Shown: positions 1 through 7,677 of the stretch, piece by piece
How the letters are laid out: each line of letters begins with the position of its first letter
How positions within the stretch are numbered: position 1 is the stretch's first letter
Source of the DNA: a virus
Lineage: Duplodnaviria > Caudoviricetes
IMG/VR virus record: IMGVR_UViG_3300032302_000076
Location: 1-28,157 of that record
DNA length: 28,157 bases
Reading direction: 5' to 3' (one strand)
The notes under the pieces: model-generated
Database searches by the model: none
The model's input: only the letters and a program-made list of their open reading frames with translations
Told to the model about the DNA's origin: nothing
Translations under genes and position numbers: made by a program

Positions 1-1
1 C

Positions 2-220
2 CCTGACGCAGACAAGGGACGGCGTAATACAATCGCAAACCTCCTTGAGGAGTGGGGCTTGGTAAAGATCGTGAACAAGGAGATCTCGAAGGATCCTGTG
101 TGCCCGATCTCTCACATGAAGATCCTGCCTCACTCACAAAAGAAGGATTGGGAACTGATCCCCAAATACACTATCGGATCTCGCCAAAAGCCTCTTGACA
201 GCGGCGAAGACCTGAAGTAA
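2..220 (+). CDS. regA: Translational repressor RegA, C-terminal part (5' truncated by window edge)
   Basis: Frame 2 reads PDADKGRRNTIANLLEEWGLVKIV...MKILPHSQKKDWELIPKYTIG..., matching the T4-like RegA motifs RRNTIAxLLxxWGL and WxLxxKYxIG. It lies upstream of gp43, as in T4-like phages. Not in the ORF track because it has no start codon in the window. Confidence 0.9.
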   Translation, partial: PDADKGRRNTIANLLEEWGLVKIVNKEISKDPVCPISHMKILPHSQKKDWELIPKYTIGSRQKPLDSGEDLK

Positions 221-223
221 ACT
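195..223 (+). promoter_or_regulatory. Sigma70-type promoter TTGACA-N17-TAAACT
   Basis: Perfect -35 at 195-200, 17-nt spacer, -10 at 218-223 overlapping the regA TAA; upstream of dut. Confidence 0.75.
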
Positions 224-248
224 AGACCCAACAAGCGAGGTTTATATT

Positions 249-782
249 ATGATGACCGACACGGTCGCTGTGGGTATCCACAAACTACATCCCGATGCGT
301 TCGATCCCGTCTACGCCACCGAAGGCTCTGCCTGTTTCGACATTCGGGCGTGTTTCCCCAACGGGAAGTGCCTAGTCACTTCCTATGCCCCCCACGGCAA
401 GGCTAGCAGCCTCTTGGCAGCAGCGGAGCATGGGGAACCCAACCACATCCTAGTTCCGCCCCAAGAGCGTGTGATGGTTCCTACGCAACTGGTGTTCGAC
501 ATCCCCGAGGGATGGTCGATGCGTCTCCACATGCGTTCGGGTCTCGCCATCAAGGGCGGTCTCGTCCTGTCCAACTCCGAGGGCATCGTTGACTCCGACT
601 ACACCGATCAACTCATGGTTCTCATAACCAATACGAGTTCGATCTCCGTCCGCATCAACCACGGTGACCGCATCTGTCAGGGAGAACTCGTTCCCGTTTA
701 TCGGACGCAGTTCCACCATTGCGCCAAGCCCGAACCGAAGGCTAACCGCACAGGCGGCTTTGGCTCGACAGGCAAGTCCTAA
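249..782 (+). CDS. dut: Trimeric dUTPase
   Basis: Motifs ACFDI, RSGLA, GIVDSDY, GDRICQ and C-terminal RTGGFGSTG; GAGG RBS upstream. Confidence 0.93.
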   Translation: MMTDTVAVGIHKLHPDAFDPVYATEGSACFDIRACFPNGKCLVTSYAPHGKASSLLAAAEHGEPNHILVPPQERVMVPTQLVFDIPEGWSMRLHMRSGLAIKGGLVLSNSEGIVDSDYTDQLMVLITNTSSISVRINHGDRICQGELVPVYRTQFHHCAKPEPKANRTGGFGSTGKS

Positions 783-846
783 TAACATGATCTTCTCGAA
801 ACTCTCAAGTGACCCCATCCAAAACGCCGATGAAAGGAATGTGCCG

Positions 847-1185
847 ATGACTCGTGATGAACTGCTGAAGTGCCACAAGACCCTGTGTGAGTCTGCTTAT
901 GAACTCATGAAGCGCAAGAACGCCGACTATGCAGGACGGCATGGCACCGAGCCGTTTGCGAACTTCACCCGCTGCGAGGCGATGGGTATCTGCTCCACCG
1001 AGGCGGGTATGCTCGTTCGGTTGACCGACAAGATGAGCCGCCTGTCCTCCTTCGTTGAGGCGGGTGCGTTTCAGGTCAAGGACGAGAGTCTTGAGGACAC
1101 TTGCGTGGACATCATCAACTACGCAATCCTCTTTCACTCGTTCGTGCAGAGCAAGAAGACTGCTTCCTCCAACAAGAAGGGGTAA
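847..1185 (+). CDS. Nucleotide-modification-associated all-alpha protein (Nmad1/DUF1599-like); start could also be 787 or 841
   Basis: KRKNADYAG...PFANF...GMLVRLTDKMSRL...DESLEDTCVDIINYA pattern; AAGGA RBS before 841/847. Confidence 0.65.
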   Translation: MTRDELLKCHKTLCESAYELMKRKNADYAGRHGTEPFANFTRCEAMGICSTEAGMLVRLTDKMSRLSSFVEAGAFQVKDESLEDTCVDIINYAILFHSFVQSKKTASSNKKG

Positions 1186-1187
1186 CC

Positions 1188-1604
1188 ATGAACCGTATGA
1201 CTTCCCTCGTGTGCGTGGGCGTGTGTGCGCTCGTGTGCGCCCGTGCGTGGGCGGGTGCGCCCGCTCGTGCGGATGCCCGCTTGCTCGATGCGCTGCGTCA
1301 GGTGGAGTCTCACGGCAACGACCGTGCAGTCGGTGACAACGGCAAGGCGATTGGTCCGTATCAGATCTGGTACTCGTATTGGAAGGATGCCGTGGAGTTC
1401 GACAAGACTCTTGGTGGCTCCTACGAGGACTGCTACAAGCCCGACTACGCACGGCGGGTGGTCATTGCCTACCTGTCACACTACGCACCGAAGAATGCGT
1501 CCTACGAGCAACTCGCTCGAATCCACAATGGTGGTCCCAAGGGCGACAAGAACAACAAGACTGTGAAGTACTGGAACAAGATCAAGAAGGAGATGAGCAA
1601 GTGA
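1188..1604 (+). CDS. Lysozyme-fold muramidase resembling invertebrate (i-type/destabilase) lysozyme, with N-terminal signal peptide
   Basis: Catalytic VES, GPYQIWYSYWKDA, ARIHNGGP and TVKYWNKI motifs; hydrophobic N-terminus ending in A-x-A sites. Confidence 0.75.
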   Translation: MNRMTSLVCVGVCALVCARAWAGAPARADARLLDALRQVESHGNDRAVGDNGKAIGPYQIWYSYWKDAVEFDKTLGGSYEDCYKPDYARRVVIAYLSHYAPKNASYEQLARIHNGGPKGDKNNKTVKYWNKIKKEMSK

Positions 1605-1996
1605 GCAAGCCATTCGGATACTCGTATTACCTCGACATGTACAACTGTCGCATCGGTGCAGCCGATGACTTGGAACTGCACTACCGCTTTCTTGAGCGGG
1701 TCGTAGACAAGATCGGCATGACCCGCATGAGTCAGCCTGTGGTCATGCACGGTCCCACGCAGCAGGGCAAGGAACTGTACCCCGACAAGGCGGGCGTGAG
1801 TGGTTGGGTTCCTCTCATCGAGAGCGGCATTCAGATTCACTCGATGGAGCCGAAGCGTTTCATCACGCTCGATGTCTACTCGTGCAACAAGTTTGACAAG
1901 AACATCATTCTCGAATACGCTCGGGAATGCTTTGGCTTTGAGCAGCATGAGGAGAACTTCTTCGTGCGTGGCACAGGGTACGGCGACATCCAATGA
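1601..1996 (+). CDS. speD: S-adenosylmethionine decarboxylase proenzyme family (pyruvoyl-dependent)
   Basis: GVSGWVPLIE/SGIQIHS autocleavage motif and LDVYSC; GTG start overlapping the previous TGA, AAGGAG RBS. Confidence 0.75.
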   Translation: MSKPFGYSYYLDMYNCRIGAADDLELHYRFLERVVDKIGMTRMSQPVVMHGPTQQGKELYPDKAGVSGWVPLIESGIQIHSMEPKRFITLDVYSCNKFDKNIILEYARECFGFEQHEENFFVRGTGYGDIQ

Positions 1997-3102
1997 ACAC
2001 ACACCGCATCATCCTTGGCGACTGCATCGAGGGCATGAAAACTCTGCCTGACGAATGCATCAACACCTGTATCACCTCGCCCCCGTACTTCGGGCTGCGT
2101 GACTACGGAACCGCAAGTTGGAAGGGCGGCGATCCGAATTGCGATCATGTTGCCGATCCGACCAAGACGAAGAAGTTCGGCAATCCTGCGTTCAACGAGA
2201 ATCGTCCGAGCCGTGAACTCACAAAGGTCGAGGGCTACTACTACAAGGATGTCTGTGGTAAGTGCGGTGCAACCTGTGAGGACTCACAGATCGGTCAGGA
2301 GGATACCGTTGAGGGTTATGTCGAGAAGATGGTTGAGGTGTTCCGTGAGGTACGCCGTATCCTGCGTGATGACGGTACGCTGTGGCTCAACCTTGGTGAC
2401 TCGTACATGAGCGCAAAGAACTGCGCCCCGCCGCCACAGACTGTTGGTGGTCAGCGTGGTATGCCTTCCGATTTCATTCCTGCCAACCGCAAGTCACAGA
2501 CAGGTCTCAAGCAGAAGGACTTGATCGGCATTCCGTGGCGTGTAGCGTTTGCGCTGCAAGCAGACGGGTGGTATCTGCGTCAGGATATCATTTGGAACAA
2601 ACCAAACCCAATGCCCGAGAGCGTTGAGGATCGCTGCACCAAGGCGCACGAGTACATCTTCCTGCTGTCCAAGAAGCAGAGGTATTACTATGACTTCGAG
2701 GCAGTCAAGGAACCCGCTCGTAACTGGGGAACCCGTGACCGCTCCGAGATGCGTAACGGGACTACCGATCCCAAACTGAAGCACCACGGGCTACAGGGCA
2801 AGGAGTGGGAAGAGAATCCCATGAAGAACAAGCGGTCGGTGTGGACGGTGAACGCCAAGGGCTACAAGGGCGCACACTTCGCTGTGTACCCCGAGGAACT
2901 CATCAAGCCCTGTGTCCTCGCAGGATGCCCCGCAGGAGGTACGGTGTTTGATCCGTTCACGGGCAGCGGCACGACTGCCGTGGTTGCCATGAAGAACGGT
3001 CGCAACTACATCGGCACCGAACTGAACCCCGAGTATGTGAAGATCGCAGAGGATCGGATCGCAGAAGAGATCAAGCCGAGCCTCGTTGATGTCATGGAGT
3101 AA
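1993..3102 (+). CDS. Beta-class N4-C/N6-A DNA methyltransferase with a Cys-containing insertion
   Basis: GDC, TSPPY (motif IV), HFAVYP and DPFTGSGTT (motif I); insertion with CDH...CGKCGATC. Confidence 0.92.
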   Translation: MNTHRIILGDCIEGMKTLPDECINTCITSPPYFGLRDYGTASWKGGDPNCDHVADPTKTKKFGNPAFNENRPSRELTKVEGYYYKDVCGKCGATCEDSQIGQEDTVEGYVEKMVEVFREVRRILRDDGTLWLNLGDSYMSAKNCAPPPQTVGGQRGMPSDFIPANRKSQTGLKQKDLIGIPWRVAFALQADGWYLRQDIIWNKPNPMPESVEDRCTKAHEYIFLLSKKQRYYYDFEAVKEPARNWGTRDRSEMRNGTTDPKLKHHGLQGKEWEENPMKNKRSVWTVNAKGYKGAHFAVYPEELIKPCVLAGCPAGGTVFDPFTGSGTTAVVAMKNGRNYIGTELNPEYVKIAEDRIAEEIKPSLVDVME

Positions 3103-3842
3103 TGATGGAATTGGATAAGATCCATCTAGGCGACTGCTTGGAAGTCATGAAGACTTTCCCCGATGACTCGGTGGATTTGATTGTCACTTCTCCCCCATAC
3201 AACAACTGGCGCAACAGAAGAACACAGGCAAACCGAAGTTCGTATTGGAAGCGCACCAACATCGTGTATGAGAATCACAACGACAAGCAGTCGGATGATG
3301 AGTATGAACAGGGACAGATCGATGTCCTGAATGAGATGCTTCGTGTTCTAAAGCCAACGGGAACGATCTGTTACAATCACAAAGATCGCATCTTCAACTT
3401 CGAGGTGACAACCCCGATCTCGTGGATAATGAAGTCGAAGGCAGTTTATCGACAGCGTATCACATGGGATCGATGTGGGATGCAAGCATACAATCCCGTC
3501 AGATTCTACCGTGTAGACGAGGACATCTACATCCTTGGAAAACAGGCAAAGGGATTCAAGTGGAACAAGGATGCAGCAAAGTACCTGTCTGTATGGAGAA
3601 TCCCACCAAACAGAAACATCTACGAACACAATGCAACCTTTCCTGAAGAGATAGTGAAGCGATGTGTGAGTGCCTTCACCGATGTTGGGGATGTTGTTCT
3701 TGATCCCTACAACGGAACAGGAACAACAACAAAAGTTGCTTCAGAAATGGCTAGGCATTACATCGGCATAGACATATCAGAGAAGTACAACAAGACGGCA
3801 AAGGAAAGAGTTCAGCACAACCTAAAAGGAGTCATGGAATGA
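3102..3842 (+). CDS. Second beta-class N4-C/N6-A DNA methyltransferase
   Basis: GDC, TSPPY, HNATFP and DPYNGTGTT motifs. Confidence 0.9.
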   Translation: MMELDKIHLGDCLEVMKTFPDDSVDLIVTSPPYNNWRNRRTQANRSSYWKRTNIVYENHNDKQSDDEYEQGQIDVLNEMLRVLKPTGTICYNHKDRIFNFEVTTPISWIMKSKAVYRQRITWDRCGMQAYNPVRFYRVDEDIYILGKQAKGFKWNKDAAKYLSVWRIPPNRNIYEHNATFPEEIVKRCVSAFTDVGDVVLDPYNGTGTTTKVASEMARHYIGIDISEKYNKTAKERVQHNLKGVME

Positions 3843-4120
3843 GCAAGAACAATATGAGAACGATTGGCAAGTGGGTGTCCGTGCAGACCGAGGGTCTTGG
3901 CAAGGAAAAGAAAACCAAGTCAGGCATCATCTACAAGGAGAAGATCACAAACCCCAACATCTGGAGCAAGGTGGTCGGTGTGGGCGACAAGATCACCGAG
4001 GACATCAAGGTGGGAGATAAAGTCCTTTGGGATATCACCAAGGGTGGTGGACGAGGTTGGGGTGGTTGTGATATCATCCACCAAGACCACATTCTCGCAG
4101 TCGAGCGAGAGGAAGACTGA
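3839..4120 (+). CDS. groES: GroES/Cpn10-like co-chaperonin
   Basis: Mobile-loop KTKSGII, VVGVG, IKVGDKVL and terminal ILAV; 93 aa. Confidence 0.75.
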   Translation: MSKNNMRTIGKWVSVQTEGLGKEKKTKSGIIYKEKITNPNIWSKVVGVGDKITEDIKVGDKVLWDITKGGGRGWGGCDIIHQDHILAVEREED

Positions 4121-6658
4121 TTGACCAAGTTCTACACCCATGTAGCCTCGAAGGGCGGCAAGATCCTTCATCGTGGTTGGGACGAGGATGGCACACGGAT
4201 TCATGAGTCCGTTCCGTTCCGTCCCACGCTGTTTGTTCCGACAAGCAAGAAGGGGAGCAAGTGGAAGACCATCGACGGCAAGTCCGTTGATGAGATCGAC
4301 TTCCCCAACATCTACGAGTCGAGAAAGTTCATGGATGAGTACAAGGGTGTGCAGGGCTACTCCATCTACGGGGACATTGATCCACAGTATCAGTACATCG
4401 CTGCGAACTACAAGGGCGAAGGCGAAGTCGAGTACAACCAAAAGCACATTCGGATCATGTACATCGACATCGAGACCGAGAGCGAAGACGGCTTTGCCTC
4501 ACCCGAGAATCCGACCGAGCGGGTCAACGCCATCACTATGACCATGTCTGACGGCAAGTGCATCAGCCTTGCCCTGCATCCGTTCAAGGTCAGCGGTGTG
4601 GAGTGCCGTACCTACGAGGACGATGAGCGGCGGTTGCTTGCCGACTTCGTTGAACTGTGGGAGACGCTCGACCCCGACATCGTGACGGGTTGGAATGTCA
4701 ACCTGTTCGATATGCCCTACCTGTACAACCGAATCACCTCCATCCTTGGCAAGAAGATGGCACAGCGGCTGTCTCCGTGGGGCGAGGTGCGAGACCGCAA
4801 GGTCGTTGTGAAGGATCGGATCAACACGGCATTCGAGTTCGTTGGCGTGACCATCCTCGACTACCTCGACCTCTACAAGAAGTTCACCTTCGTGCAGCAG
4901 GAGACCTACAAGTTGGGTCACATCGCAGCAGTCGAGTTGGGCGAGGACAAGTTGTCCTACGAGGAGTTCGGCTCCCTGCGTGAGTTCTACAGCAAGGACT
5001 TTCAGAAGTTCATGGAATACAACATTCGAGATGTCCACCTCGTGGTCAAACTCGAATCCAAGTTGCGCCTCCTCGAACTCGCTTTCGGTCTGACCTATTC
5101 GGCACGGTCGAACTTCGGTGATGTGTTCTCACAGGTACGCATGTGGGACTCGATCATCTACAACTACCTCATGCGACATGGCGTGGTCATCCCGCCTCGC
5201 AGCCGTGAGGACAAGGACGAGCAGTTCGAGGGTGCTTATGTCAAGGAGCCACAGGTCGGTCAGCACAAGTGGGTCGTGTCGTTCGACCTTGACTCGCTGT
5301 ACCCTCACCTGATCATGCAGTACAACATCAGCCCTGAGACCATCGTCTCCGAGCGACTCCCCGCCATCACGGTGGATGCCCTGATCAGCGGCAAGGATCC
5401 TGCCATGGAGCAGTTCCTCGCCATGAAGAAGGAGGAGGGGCTGTGTGTCGCCGCCAACGGCACCGTCTACCGCAAGGATGTCCGTGGGTTCCTAGCCGAA
5501 CTCATGGAGACCATGTACGAGCAGCGCAAGCAGTTCAAGAAGCAGATGCTCGAAGCCAAGGCATACCTGAAGAACAACACGAACCTGACCCCCGAGCAGA
5601 TCGACTCGAAGAAGCGGGAGATCTCGAAGTACGGCAACTTCCAACTTGTCCGTAAGGTGCAGTTGAACTCCGCTTACGGTGCCTTGGGCAACCAATACTG
5701 CCGCTACTACAACATCAACATGGCAGAAGCCATCACGGTGTCGGGTCAGTTGTCGGCTCGTTGGATCGAGAAGCAGTTGAACGACTTCCTGAACAAGACC
5801 TGTGAGACGAGCGGCGTGGACTATGTCATCGCATCGGACACCGACTCCGTCTATCTCCGCATGTCCGAGTTGGTGGACAAGATCTCCCCCAACAAGTCGC
5901 AGGAGAAGACCGTGCAGTTCATCGACAAGTCCTGCAAGGAGATCGTCCTGCCGTTCATCGCCAAGAAGTACGAGGAGTTGGCAAAGCGTATGAATGCATA
6001 TGCCAACAAGATGTCCATGAAGCGGGAATCCATCGCAGCCAAGGGCATTTGGACTGCCAAGAAGCGGTACGCCCTGACCGTCCTCAAGGGCGAGGACGAT
6101 GTCTACATGGAGAAGCCCGAACTGAAGATCACGGGCATGGAGATGGTCAAGTCCTCGACTCCTGCCATCGTCCGCAAGCGGCTCAAGGAAGCCATGGAGA
6201 TCATCATGCTGAAGGACGAGTCAGACCTCCGTGCCTTCGTGCAGAAGTTCCGTGACGAGTTCTGCATGCTTCCCGCCGAGGACATCGCCTTCCCGAGAGG
6301 CTGCAACGGCTTGGACGAGTACGCCGACTACAGCGGCATCTACAAGAAGGGTACGCCGATTCAGGTCAAGGGCGCATTGATATTCAATCATTGGGTGCGT
6401 AAGAAGAAACTTGACCAACGCTACCCGCTGATCCGTGAGGGCGAGAAGGTCAAGTTCGTGTACCTACGCATGCCCAACCCCGTGCGTGAGAAGGTCATCT
6501 CGTTCATGACTACCATCCCAAACGAACTCGCACTCAAGGACTTCATCGACTACGAGACGCAGTTCGAGAAGGTGTTTACTGAACCCCTAACTACTATTGC
6601 TGAAGTGATTGGGTGGGAACTCGAAGAAATCAGCACATTGGAGGATCTGTTCGCATGA
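4121..6658 (+). CDS. 43: Family B DNA polymerase, T4 gp43-like
   Basis: Exonuclease motifs DIET, GWN..FD, YNIRD; polymerase motifs SFDLDSLYPH, KVQLNSAYG, ASDTDS, KKRY; TTG start. Confidence 0.97.
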   Translation: MTKFYTHVASKGGKILHRGWDEDGTRIHESVPFRPTLFVPTSKKGSKWKTIDGKSVDEIDFPNIYESRKFMDEYKGVQGYSIYGDIDPQYQYIAANYKGEGEVEYNQKHIRIMYIDIETESEDGFASPENPTERVNAITMTMSDGKCISLALHPFKVSGVECRTYEDDERRLLADFVELWETLDPDIVTGWNVNLFDMPYLYNRITSILGKKMAQRLSPWGEVRDRKVVVKDRINTAFEFVGVTILDYLDLYKKFTFVQQETYKLGHIAAVELGEDKLSYEEFGSLREFYSKDFQKFMEYNIRDVHLVVKLESKLRLLELAFGLTYSARSNFGDVFSQVRMWDSIIYNYLMRHGVVIPPRSREDKDEQFEGAYVKEPQVGQHKWVVSFDLDSLYPHLIMQYNISPETIVSERLPAITVDALISGKDPAMEQFLAMKKEEGLCVAANGTVYRKDVRGFLAELMETMYEQRKQFKKQMLEAKAYLKNNTNLTPEQIDSKKREISKYGNFQLVRKVQLNSAYGALGNQYCRYYNINMAEAITVSGQLSARWIEKQLNDFLNKTCETSGVDYVIASDTDSVYLRMSELVDKISPNKSQEKTVQFIDKSCKEIVLPFIAKKYEELAKRMNAYANKMSMKRESIAAKGIWTAKKRYALTVLKGEDDVYMEKPELKITGMEMVKSSTPAIVRKRLKEAMEIIMLKDESDLRAFVQKFRDEFCMLPAEDIAFPRGCNGLDEYADYSGIYKKGTPIQVKGALIFNHWVRKKKLDQRYPLIREGEKVKFVYLRMPNPVREKVISFMTTIPNELALKDFIDYETQFEKVFTEPLTTIAEVIGWELEEISTLEDLFA

Positions 6659-6858
6659 GTACGCAAGACACATTTATGAAGATCGTCACCGTAGGAGTCA
6701 TCGTTAGCGTGGTTGGTCTCGCCTATTGGCACTTCATTGGTTGGTTCTGCAACACAATGACGGGGCGGGATCCGTTGCCCCCCGCTAACCTGAAGATCGT
6801 CAAGAAGAAGAAGACCACCAAGAAGGTGACCAAGAAGGTCTCCAAGAAGACCCGCTAA
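6655..6858 (+). CDS. Small membrane protein with Lys-rich tail
   Basis: ATGA overlap with the gp43 stop; hydrophobic IVTVGVIVSVVGLAYWHFIGWF followed by KKKKTTKKVTKKVSKK. Confidence 0.7.
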   Translation: MSTQDTFMKIVTVGVIVSVVGLAYWHFIGWFCNTMTGRDPLPPANLKIVKKKKTTKKVTKKVSKKTR

Positions 6859-6861
6859 ATA
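6854..6861 (+). promoter_or_regulatory. T4-late-like promoter GCTAAATA
   Basis: Similar to T4 TATAAATA; the identical 12-mer ACCCGCTAAATA recurs at 27373-27384; ATG follows at 6867. Confidence 0.55.
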
Positions 6862-6866
6862 TCGGC

Positions 6867-7640
6867 ATGGAACGGTTCAACTCCTTCGCAACTACCAAGG
6901 TTCAGTACCCCCATGTGCATCTGTCTTTCGATGATCACTCGATCACCGATTGGTACACGGTGCGTGGTGTGCTGAAGTTCAAGAAGGCGAAAGCCGTCTT
7001 CTATGTGGACTCGTTCGATGAGTTGGACGATGACGATATCGATAGGCTTCGTGCTTTGCGTTCCGATGGTCATATCATCGGTTGCCACAGCGTGAGTCAT
7101 GCTGATGCGATTGCATACTCCAAGAAGTATGGAATCGACAAGTACATCGAGGACGAAGTGATTCCCGCCATGGAGTCCATGGCAGCAGCGGGGTTCTCTC
7201 CCACTCACTTTGCCTTCCCGAACTCACACTTCGATGAGCCTCTGTATGAAGCGGTATCAAAACTGTTCTGCTATGTCAGACCAGGAAACGAAAGCCACTT
7301 CTACACCAAGAGCCGAATGTACATTCAGGGTGATCGCCTCAATCATCAGAATGAGACCTGTGAACATCGCATTCGCAAGGGTGAGATGGTCGGGGTCATC
7401 AAGGACATCACCGAACACCTGAAGGCAGACCACGGGATCAGTCTTGTGTTTCATGACATCCGCCGCATTGGTCAGCCGAAGCATGAAGGTACACAGGCAA
7501 GCAATACTGCCTTTATCACCGCAGAAGAGTTGGATACCGTTCTCGCAGCCGTGAATGCTGCGGGGGCTGTCTACGAAACCTTTGCTGAACATTGCAAAGT
7601 TGGCAAGGATCCGTTTGACAAGCCTGAAGGTCTAGTGTAG
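6867..7640 (+). CDS. Polysaccharide deacetylase (NodB/CE4 family)
   Basis: Motifs LSFDD, GCHSVSH, FAFP and LVFHD. Confidence 0.8.
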   Translation: MERFNSFATTKVQYPHVHLSFDDHSITDWYTVRGVLKFKKAKAVFYVDSFDELDDDDIDRLRALRSDGHIIGCHSVSHADAIAYSKKYGIDKYIEDEVIPAMESMAAAGFSPTHFAFPNSHFDEPLYEAVSKLFCYVRPGNESHFYTKSRMYIQGDRLNHQNETCEHRIRKGEMVGVIKDITEHLKADHGISLVFHDIRRIGQPKHEGTQASNTAFITAEELDTVLAAVNAAGAVYETFAEHCKVGKDPFDKPEGLV

Positions 7641-7643
7641 AAT
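7615..7643 (+). promoter_or_regulatory. Sigma70-type promoter TTGACA-N17-TAGAAT
   Basis: Perfect -35, 17-nt spacer, -10 overlapping the TAG stop at 7638-7640; upstream of uvsX. Confidence 0.8.
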
Positions 7644-7677
7644 CCGTCCAAATAACCCCTTTCGTAATGGAGATATC

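Noticed and set aside
4121-6658. Intein, intron or split in gp43 (also checked uvsX and gp41)
   Set aside because: Lengths and motif spacing look normal and continuous; no intein or homing endonuclease signature seen.
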